NCBI RefSeq assembly: GCF_902652985.1
Contig: NC_047020.1
Span: 33,108,001-33,172,000, forward strand
Reading direction: 5' to 3'
Length of the DNA: 64,000 nucleotides
DNA from: Pecten maximus
Lineage: Eukaryota
The position numbers were made by a program, and so were the translations under genes. The notes below the pieces were generated by a model, which was not told the DNA's origin, ran no database searches, and worked only from the letters and a program-made list of their open reading frames with translations. This document shows positions 39,113 through 49,231 of this stretch, piece by piece. Numbering within the stretch: the first letter of the stretch is position 1; each line of letters begins with the position of its first letter.

Positions 39113-40128
39113 GGGGCATCTAAACAGCAAATCCAGTCAAAACATTGATATTTTACAGGCCTATAAATCCCCATTATGGTGCAATGTCACAGAAGTAACA
39201 TGATGAACGTTTAGTATGTATCATGGCAAACCGTGGGACTTGCTGTTGACATGTAATTTGTTAAGCTGTTTGTAAATTTCAACAAAACGTAAGAAAAATG
39301 CATGTTTCAGGGGGACATAATTAACTCATTTGTATCCCATATATTACACAAACTTGCCATGTCGTTTTGCTCACAAGTGTCTAAAGCACAAAATAGGAGC
39401 ATTGGTTTGTCCAGCTTTGACGTTTTTATATGTATAAACGCTGTTTTTATTTTGACCTTGAATTGCAAATGGCGGTCGTGAGTGATATCACACAAATATG
39501 GCATATTAGGAGGTATTTAAAACATCAAAAATGCTCTTATTAGACAATATAAAGTATTCTTGATGTGGCAAGAAGACTGCTTTTATGGAAAAATGTTCAA
39601 CCGTTGAGTTTGGGGTAAAATAAGCCTATTTCTGAAAAAGGCTCCAAACTCACAGGTTTAACAAATTGACTTCAAAATGTTCATGTTACTATGATAAGAT
39701 GTCTTAAAAGTACGATTTAGGAGTATTGTTATTAACTGAAATGCCTCCTCTAAGCCATATTTATGTAATATTATTCTCAGCCGCCATTTGCATTTCAAGG
39801 TCAAAACAAAATAAGTGTTTATACGTACATACAGTAAAATCCGGTCAAACAAATGCTCCTACCGTGTGCTATAGACACTTGTGAACATAACAGCATGGCT
39901 ATTTTTCAGGTTTGATCATTTGCGTGACTTAGAATTATTCCATGCTACATCTTACCACAAAGTTACTCTATAGAAGAAACTGGTAGTATCTATAGCATAT
40001 GATTGGTGATTGTAAGAAGCTACATGTCCAAACAAACATTTTGGTATATTACATCACATTTTTTGTGCAAATCTTTAGGTATTTATTCGTATTTGAAATT
40101 CAACACTATTCTGCTATATAGATGACCC
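39113..40128. mobile_element. TTAA-flanked non-autonomous DNA transposon (Kolobok-like)
   Basis: TTAA on both sides. Imperfect TIR GGGGCATCTAAACAGCA / TGCTATATAGATGACCC. Internal inverted repeat TTTTGACCTTGAATTGCAAATGGCGG (~39450) versus CCGCCATTTGCATTTCAAGGTCAAAA (39781). Confidence 0.75.
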
Positions 40129-40299
40129 TTAAAAAGACGTAGAATGTGCTAAAAAAATGAAATTACTCCATAAAAGCACTGAATGACCATCTCACCTAAA
40201 AACGTCCATGTCTTAATCCAGATACTGTTTCTTATTATTGAACTTTAGAATAACAACGTAGTAATAATCATTATTTTGTCGAAATTTTTTTATGGATTG

Positions 40300-40860
40300 T
40301 CTGATGTAGTTCTTGGCCCATCAAATACAAGGTCAAACTGGAAAACGCTGACTGATAAAGTCCATTGCCTATCATGACAAGGTCAGACTGGTAATCCCTT
40401 ACTGATATAGTTCCTGGCCCGACAAGGTCAGATTGGTAACCCTTACTTATGTTATTCCTGGCCTGAAAAGGTCAGACTAGTAATCCCTCACTGATGTAGT
40501 TCCTGGTCTGACAAGATCAGACTGGTAACCCTTATTGATGTTGTTCCTGGCCTGACAAGGTCAGATTGATAACCCCTTACTGATCAAGTTCCTGGTCTGA
40601 CAAGGTCTGACTGGTGACCTCTGACCCATGTTTATACGTTCCTGGTCTGACAAGGTCACACTGGCGACCTAGGCCTCTGACTGATGAAGTTCATGGCTTG
40701 GTCTGACAAGATCATGCTGGTGACCACTGATGATGAAGTTCATGGCTTGGTCTGACAAGATCATGCTGGTGACCTCTGATGATGACGTTCATGGCCGGGC
40801 AAGGTCAGATAGGTGACCTCTGACTCCAGTCATTCCAGGCCTGAAAAGGTCACACTAATG
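40300..40860. repeat. ~44-bp minisatellite just 3' of the FASTKD3 stop codon
   Basis: About 12 units of TGACAAGGTCAGACTGGTAACCCTTACTGATGTAGTTCCTGGCC. Confidence 0.85.
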
Positions 40861-40904
40861 CCATCTGGATTATCTGAAGTCAATCCAATCCCAGCCTGAC
40901 AAAG

Positions 40905-43900
40905 TTATACTGGTGGTTCCTGATTCGTAGACGACTCCCAAAGCTCGAGAAGTCTCTTGTTACCAACTCCGTTGAAAGGATTGAACTTGAAGTTGACAAG
41001 TTTATGTAACTTGTAATGGAAGTGCATTTGGAGTATCTCAACACTAGTCTGTGGTATACCTGCCTTCAAAGGAGACATCTGGGGAAAAATTAGAAAACTA
41101 ATCAATAATATATCGTTCATCAATAAATCAAATTATAGATTTATATATTCTGGTCACATGCTTTTTCAATCAGATATATTAATGCCTCAAACACTTTTAT
41201 CTTTATTATTTGCATTGTCATTCAAAATAAGTGAAATGAAGTGGACAGTGATCATTTCAAAGAATGTGAAATTTGATGAAACTATTTTGTACAGTTTATA
41301 CACTTAGAGCAACAGTTTCAGGAAATTTGATTCAAACCAAAACTTAGGGCAAATTTGTTGCAAATAAACTGGTTTAGGTTTGGGTTTATGGTTTAAACCT
41401 GGTTTTCAAAACGGTTTGTAAACTAAAACTGGTTTGCTCTTGAGAAACAAATGCGAAATTCTAGTTTTCAATATGGTGTCTTTGGGAGAAAAAGCTTCAG
41501 AGCAGTATTTAAAACGTTAATACCTCCTGAACGCACAAAAATCCCCCGAATCCCAAATTATGTTGAAGACATACTTCCACAATTCAATGACAGGGAAACG
41601 CATGCAGTTCTAGCAGACTTTCTTTAAAACACAAGGGAACACTATCATACCAATGGGAAAACAATTATTAATATTTATAATTTATATTTTATTTGTCCAG
41701 TCAAATGACACTACAAGCCATAGCTGGCAAGTTTGGAGCACGTAGCGCACTTCAAGAGCACATTCTGCATGTGTGTTGACAACATTCGCCATCTTGTTTT
41801 CAGAAACGAAACCTTCCAAACCACAACCGGTGGTGGTTTGAATGGTTTAATAAACTAGTTTAGGTTTATCAGAAACAAATGAATGAACCGGTTTCAGTTT
41901 AAATGTGGTTTGAAACTGGTTTACTCAACAAATGGAAAGTTTACAGAACCGGTTCGAAACTAAAACTGGTTTTAGGAGAACAAATTCGCCCTTAGTATTA
42001 ATTGGCATGACTTTTAGTGGTGTGTACTGTATTGCATTTTATTTGCAATGATTGACCATTTAGAAACTTGGGAGGATTTTTGTAGAGACATCGATTGTTA
42101 TCAATAATTCAATTATTTTCCACAATTCAAAATTGATCATACTCTCAACATCCTGACAAAATTACCGTGATGTAAGGAATGTTGCACTTGGCAAAATAAT
42201 TCTTGGCCATTGCATACTCGCCGAGGAGCTCGCCCGTGTTGACACAGACATGCTCTGGAAACTGCAACTTGATGAAGATCCTAAAACAAACATCAATTAT
42301 GTCTAATATAATTTCTTATTACATAAAACCAACAAGCACTTCATATTCCACTGTCAATCAGTGTAATCTTTAAAATTTTGAATTTATCTGACCTAGAAAT
42401 GAAGATCACAATCACAAAATACACCTATGCAGATTAAGGCCATGTGTTCAGACAATTAAAGGGGCATTCTTTCGTTTGGACATCAGAAACATGCACAATT
42501 TCTATTGATGAAATCTATGTATCTATGTCCGAGCGATGATTATATGAGTGTTTGTGCCTATATGTAATGAAATTAACACCAAAATGTACAGGAAAGAGGC
42601 GTATCGTGTACAAATATTGTAAGTCTTTGCGATATTTCAGGTTGAATTAAGAATTTTTCAGGACTTAATACTCAAAGAACTTTAATTTATCTTGAGAGTA
42701 AAACTGTCGTGTGTAAAGATTATAACTTTTGCAACTTGGAAAAATAAATATTTTCTAGTAAGTTAATTTTGACGACCTAAACTTAATTCAAACGAAGGAC
42801 TGTCCCTTTAAAGCAGATTTTACGAGACAAATTTCAAGAATATGTGAACAAGTACATTGTACTTCACTGGTTAAAAAAACAGCCAGATTTATGATTATGG
42901 AGGAGAATGATTTACTTCATGTGGCTATGAGTTTGGTATCGATTAAGTTACTATACCTGTGACCTTTCAACCAAAAGGTTCAAATCTATTAGCCTACTTC
43001 ATACTTAATTAATCCTTAATAAGCCAGTGAATTTTGGGGGGACAAAGAAGATGAATCTTCCTTGCGACTGTTATTTGTTATATATGTTGACAAAGTATGC
43101 GAGAAAAAAACAAACATGATCCCATGTACCAATAGAAGGTTTTATCCAGCATTTTCAGCCCCAACAAGTAACTGCGCAAATTACATGGGTTTTTTACGGT
43201 ATTCTAAAAAAGTGAAATATCCCCTTACACATTGTAAGTTTCAGGTAACTTGGACTGTGATTTGTAAATCTTCCAGGAAACTTCATTTCTGTTCTCGTCC
43301 ACGATCAACATGAAATCTGAAAAAAAAATCCCTATATATTACAGCTGAAGTTTATACGAAACTTGTTCCCCTTCACCCAAGGATGCTTCACCAGACCAAA
43401 TATCTATCAAATCCAAATCTTTTCATTCCTACTGAAGAATTTGTTTTTGAAGAATTTGCTCAATTACTCTTATTGGGCCCCAAGTGGCCAAGACCTGTCA
43501 TTTATACAAAATTGGATCTCCTTCCCCCCACGGGCACTTCAGATCAAAGTTGATCAAAATTCACTCAGTTGATCATGATGTCTATCATGAGTAGCAATTT
43601 TGGATTAGGTGAGCTAATAAAAGCCTGATACTATTCTCCATAAAAGGTTTATAAATATTAAAGTACCAGCATATTACATAGTGAAATCATAACGATTATC
43701 AATTAATAAAAACCTTAAAATAAAAAATGACAATATGGGTAAATTAAGATAATAAAAGATTGAAGTAAAACTGGTTTGTGGATATATATTTCTTTTTTTA
43801 CCTATTAGAAATGCCTTGAATTTCACACTGCTAATGACAGGATATTTCAACAGAGATGACAATGCCTCCTTTGCAATCTGAAACGTCGTGTCTGAAATTC

Positions 43901-46900
43901 AAAAGAAAATGTTAGTTTCATTTTATATCATATAATCAATTTGTTATAACTTTTTTGCTTCAATTGCACATTAAATATCTAATAAACTGTAATTGTCCAT
44001 GATGGTTGATAAAAAGTTGCTTGTATAGATGAAAACTGTAGCTGAGACCATTATTCAGTACATTGATTTTACCCCTCTGCTACATGGATACTGCCCCCAT
44101 TGCATGATCGTAAGAGGCGACTGAATTTGGGATCTTATCTTTTCTCTTCTATCTTAAAAAACTTTTTTCTTCCTAATATCTCCCTTGACAATGCCTCACT
44201 TTTGACCTTTAGTTGAGCGTTCGCCCCTGTGAGGAAGGCTTTGGGTTCTGTCCCTTGGCCGAGACATACCAGAGTCTTTAAAAATGGTAGTTGCTACTCC
44301 TGCTTAGCGCTCAGCATATTAGGAGTGGGACGACTGGTTCACCCGTTGTCAGTATAATGTGACCGGGTGGGGTGTGCTGCTAGGTGTCTTCGGCAGTATG
44401 CTCCAGTGAGGTAGCACTATAAATCGGCAAAAGTTCCGGCCTACCACAAGGAGACTTCACACAAACATACTGCAGCCTCCCGAAACACACATACGCACTC
44501 GCCACACGCATGCATGTCGCACGCACGGGAGGCCGTCCTTAAATGACCTTAGCTGTTAATAGGACGTTAAACAAAATAAACCAAACCAAACCAAACATGG
44601 AATCAACACTGGGAATTCTGGCTAACTAGCTTTTCACCTATATAATTAACCAATAATGTTTAAGAGAAGTTCTGAGAACTAGAACATCTCACTACCTGTG
44701 TGGTATATTGCAGCTAGTATTTACCAACTAGTTTTACGACATCAACGGCCATTGATGAGAAAGAAATCTTGACCAATCCTGTACAGAAAACCATTCAAAC
44801 ATCCATCACTTACAGTTTCTTTGATTTTCAGTTCTGTTTTCCACTTTGATGCCACGTACATGCATCAGGACCGAGAAATCTGTCTGGGAACTGTTGGTGG
44901 CTAAAGCTCGTCGATACCAAAATACATCTGAAAATGATATTGACAAAAGAGATTATTATTCTTGTTACAAGTGTTAATCAGGAAACCTTCCTGAGTGAGT
45001 ATCAAACATAAATTTTATTTACAAAGATTGCATTTAGAGTGCACGTGTAATACACTGTACTTCTATACAACAAATAAAAGAAGACAGGTACACGATACAT
45101 TTAAATTTAGTGCTTCAATAATTACTTTAATCATTTCAACAAATATATAGTGTCCAAATTTTGTTTTAGGGAGAGGGGATGCAAAGGCTAAATTGACAGA
45201 TAAACCATTTCAATTGTTGGCATTTCCACTGAACTGTGGGGTTGTTTTAATAGATCACTGTGATAGCAAGAGCATAGCTAGTCTTGCAAATGTTTGTCAA
45301 TAAATAATTAAAATATAAAAATTAGTATTGTTTTGCATATTGGATAAATATGATTTATATTGTCCATTTGATGGAATTGATTTGCGCTACTCAACCTTAA
45401 TTGACATCATTCATAAATAGCTTAAAAATCTCTCGATATCTTCAAAAGCGCAAAAAAAAGAGTTAAAGTTCATAACATGTCATCAAAAAGCAGGGTTTTC
45501 AAAAAAAATAAATCTTTCAGCTTAACTCCGGGAGTGGATAATATAACCTTATAACCTCACAGGGACCCTAATGTCAAGTATCAGTATATAGTACAATTAT
45601 GAGGATATGTTAATGCCTTTCAACACTTTCACCAAAAACTTAGATTAAGTTATAAAATCAATGCAGATGCCAACACCAGGCCTAACTAGATATGGTGACA
45701 ACACAATTAGCTCTCCCTCTTCTTCAAAGGGACAAGCTAAAAAGGAATTTTAGCAGAAATGTTGATGACTGCATCAAAAAGCCATTGTTATTACCTGATC
45801 TGTCAAATGGTTCAGTTGACCAGGACTTTTTTCTAGCAAGACTTCTAAGAACAGCTGAATGTCTGTCTAGCCATAAGAATGAACACATCAGTTTGTAAAC
45901 ATCAACACCTTCAAAATTGTCAAATTCTTTCGGTACATATTTATCGGCAGCTTGGAAAAATGCCATTTGTTTTCTTGGCTCATATCCAAAGAAACCATAT
46001 GGTTTCAAAATCTGGTACAGGTCAGTCGCAGAATAAGTTTGTCCACATTCCAGAAAATGTGCTGCAGCAGAATCCATAATTACTGGACTAAGGTATCGAA
46101 TCCTGCAGAAGTATTCCATGGTTTGACCCAGTAGTTCATTTTTCACTTGCGTTCCTTTACTGAAAATGTATTTTTCAAGGGCGTAGATTAAGTCAACATT
46201 GTGTTTCTTGGTCTCTTGGAAATAGATAAGAACATTCATCAAGTCTTCTGTCTTTATTTCATGGATGTGGTGCAAAGTCCACTTGGCGATGTTAGATGCT
46301 AATGTGTCATTCTGACATTGGAGACGTGACAAACTTGCAGAGATCTTGCCAATACCCCTACTGCCAAGCTGCCATCCAGATCGTACCAAATGATTCTCAA
46401 TTATTTCCAATAGCTTGTCAGTGATATCCATGTTGGCTGGCACATGATCCAGGTATTTTAATAGGTCATCCATGTCTAGTTCTGTGTATCTGCTAGTGAC
46501 ATGTAGCCAGATGTCTTGCAGAATATCTGTGTATTTCGCATCTTGCAGTAACTCAGTCAGACTAAATACTGCATATTTACCCAGTGTATCATCCTCCATC
46601 TTCTTCTGTATAAGATTTAATATGAATTCTTTGATATCTGATTCAGGCTCATTCTCCTCCAGGAACTGTCTAGCAAGTTCAACTAAATTTTCATCACTCA
46701 GTGTGTCAATGTTTCGTTGTGCAATCCCAAAAAGCTGCCGCATGATTACTTTGCTCACAAAAGACTTCCCTGGCTTTTTCTGCTTGTCCCTCCTCTGTTT
46801 CTCCAAGACTTTCAGTTTAATCAGGGACAGAGCTGCTGCATGACTGGTCAGTGTATCAGGTTGAATATCTAACAAATGTAAGACTTCACCTATCGATTCA

Positions 46901-47232
46901 CATTCATCAAGTCTTTCCATATATATCATTTCTTCCTCTGACAATTCTGGGATTAGGTTGTCATAATTTTCATCTTGTATTATCTTGTCACCAATGTGTC
47001 GCATAATAATAGGAACATCAAAAATGCCATCGGCCCTTTGAGCTATTGCTCTAGAAATGGAGTATAGCTTTTTACGATTTCTATCGTTGGAGGCATTTGA
47101 AGAACATTGCTGACACCTGGTTTTTGAAGTTGTTACCAGGCCAAGATTTCTCTCCAACAACCTTCTGCTACATAGTGTAACCAGTTGTTTCACTGAAATC
47201 TGCAACATTGTGGAAGAAATGGATAAGGACAT
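40905..47232 (-). CDS. FASTKD3: FAST kinase domain-containing protein, mitochondrial (FASTKD3-like)
   Basis: Phase-compatible exons (minus) 47232-45795, 44927-44814, 43891-43802, 43316-43229, 42280-42166, 41078-40905. The large helical-repeat exon contains YLSPVIMDSAAAHF...ILKPYGFFGYEP; the C-terminal part is RAP-like (IFIKLQFPEHVCVNTGELLGEYAM). The N-terminus is Ser/Leu/Arg-rich, consistent with a presequence. Acceptor at 47279 and a candidate 5'-UTR exon donor near 47850. Paralogue assignment is from recall. Confidence 0.8.
41347..41991. mobile_element. PIF/Harbinger-type MITE in the last FASTKD3 intron
   Basis: TIR GGGC(A/G)AATTTGTT, 3-bp TSD TTA on both sides, many subterminal AAAC(T/C)GGTTT near-palindromes. 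Confidence 0.85.
42460..42807. mobile_element. TTAA-flanked MITE (Kolobok-like)
   Basis: TIR AGGGGCATTCTTTCGTTTG versus CAAACGAAGGACTGTCCCT (16/19 match); TTAA on both sides. Confidence 0.82.
44089..44594 (+). mobile_element. SINE (Meta-domain-like) in a FASTKD3 intron
   Basis: Central AAAAATGGTAGTTGCTACTCCTGCTTAGCGCTCAGCAT; tail GCTGTTAATAGGACGTTAAAC then (AAACC)n; flanking direct repeat ACATGGA. Confidence 0.8.
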
Positions 47233-48647
47233 CTTTACAGTTGAATCCTTTGCCTTGGGGTGACTATCTGGAACCAATCTGAAATGGTAATTTATGAATA
47301 TATATAAACAGACATTAATACATGTTCTCCATTTTATTAGATCAGGGAGAAGTCTTGATTTCACTATTCTAGTAGTATTTCACTATAATAGCTATGTAAC
47401 TTTGTAAACAGTAGCAAATCACATTACGTCTACAAGAAAAGGTATCCTTATGTGATTCCAGGCGAGAGTTTAATATGTTATGGCCAACACTGGCTTATAC
47501 GTATACTGGTAGCATAATATCGAAGTCTGATGTCTGCGCCTGCAGAGGAAAGTCGGACTAGTAGACAAAGCGATTATAAGATCACACCTTTCTCTGGTTA
47601 CGAGTATCTACAAACGTTAGGCTTCATCACAGGAATCGAATGTTCTGTTAATTAATGTCGATTCCAGTGGTTGTATAACCCGTTTTACGCAGCTAAAATG
47701 ATTGTATATATAAGCTTATGTCCAAATTCAGAATACCAAGACACGCTTCATACGAGCTATTATCTTGCTTCACAGATATAGAGGTAGAGTGAGAGCCAAT
47801 ACCGTACCGATCATGTAGTCTAGTAGAGTCAAGTTACATAAATTTTCTTACCATCAGACCCAATACGCACATGTCTTCTGTTACGAAAAAGAACCAAACA
47901 ATGATTGATAATCTACCAAATAATAAATTATAACAACTTATTATTTTTGGATTGATAAAAATAAAAAAAATATTCCTTCTCATAACCATATCATTACATT
48001 ATAAATGATTTTGTGATAATACTGCATTTTGATTTTGAAAGTAGGCATATAATTGAATAAACAAATAATTGAATAAAATACCTTTGAGGCTATCACGTTG
48101 AACGCCTGCGGTTCACGGGATAACCTAACACATGCGACGTAGTTGTCTTAATCAGGTTTATCAGTAGTAGTCCTAAGATGTACAATAGTACGTATAAGAG
48201 AACCAGAGACATATCTTATACATATATGTCTCTGAGAGGACCAAGTAAATATACTTGTTGTTGATCAAATTACTTTTGACATCGATGTACGCTCAGTAGC
48301 ATGAAAGGCCGTTCATGTCGAGATAAATTTAAAGCCCATTAAATGTTAAAAAGAAAAAAAACGCATTATATAAGTTTTTGATTTATGTGTAAATACATAT
48401 ATTTTAAATAAGCTATTCTAAATGATCGAAGTTACCCTCCACGGCAATATTCTAGATGCGGGTAACTTCGATCACACGTAATCGAAGCCAATATGCACGA
48501 TCATTTTATGATTATTTGTAAAATGGGTCGTTTGCTTCTTTGAAAACTATTTTGAAAATAAGATAATATTTCAGAAGTAGTTCTCCGTACCAAACTAGAT
48601 CCTTCAGTCACAAATGAATATGTGGTTCCAGGCATCAAACTTGTATG

Positions 48648-48685
48648 TTAAAAAAGGGGCGTGGTTGTTAAAAAGGGGCGTGGTC
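48648..48685 (+). promoter_or_regulatory. Duplicated GC box (GGGGCGTGG, Sp/KLF-type) just upstream of the HIRAN coding region
   Basis: Direct repeat GTTAAAAA(A)GGGGCGTGGT twice. Confidence 0.4.
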
Positions 48686-48717
48686 AACTGTAGGCTACCG
48701 GTACATGTGGTTTACAG

Positions 48718-49231
48718 GATGAAGTACATTTGTATCGTATTATCCCCGGGATATCAGTTGTTGGGATGCATCACTGGGGCTACCGGCATCTAGAAGTTGG
48801 AGAGGGATATTTGCTCCAAAGGGAACCGGAAAACCCTAAAGATATTAACGCGATCGCTGTTGCCTCCAAAGATGGAAAGAAGAGGGCGTACATAACGAGG
48901 AATCATGCCTTTGTCATTACTAAACTTTTTAAACTCGGTATATCCCACACATGGCGGTTAAAACCACAGGGGCTTGGCACGATTTTCCAAATGATAGTCC
49001 ATATATATATGTATATGATACTATATACATATATATATGGACTATCATTTGAAAAATCGTGCCAAGCCCCTGTGGTTAAAACCCAAAGAAGAGGCTAAAG
49101 TGAAGTATAAACGTGTAGGTCCACAACAAAAGTATATAGTCGGATGTAAGGTACATGACGAGAGCAAACTTCAAGGGGCAATCAACATTCTGTCTTCTTT
49201 TGGAATCCAATATGAAGTAAAATCGAACTAG
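48718..49231 (+). pseudogene. Stand-alone HIRAN-domain gene, frameshifted by a palindromic insertion
   Basis: SVVGMHHW...LEVGEGYLLQREPENPKDINAIAV...RAYITRNHA fits the HIRAN pattern (L.REP.NP.D.NAI.V). Removing the insertion and one TSD fuses ORFs 48730-49098 and 49037-49231 as ...HTWRLKPKEEAKVK...EVKSN*. No in-frame ATG before the domain; likely acceptor TTTACAG at 48717. Confidence 0.8.
48965..49074. mobile_element. 110-bp palindromic MITE with 8-bp TSD (P/hAT-like)
   Basis: Near-perfect ~52-bp arms CACAGGGGCTTGGCACGATTTT... / ...AAAATCGTGCCAAGCCCCTGTG; TSD GTTAAAAC (48957-48964, 49075-49082). Confidence 0.93.

Noticed and set aside
47233-47364. N-terminal extension of the 546-aa ORF
   Set aside because: It starts at a non-ATG codon and crosses a splice acceptor at 47279. 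The likely start is the ATG at 47232, and the ORF tail past 45795 is intronic.
47530-47655. 41-aa plus-strand ORF MSAPAEESR... as TDP2 exon 1
   Set aside because: It ends in a stop, has no UBA-like motif, and lies inside the probable first intron of FASTKD3.
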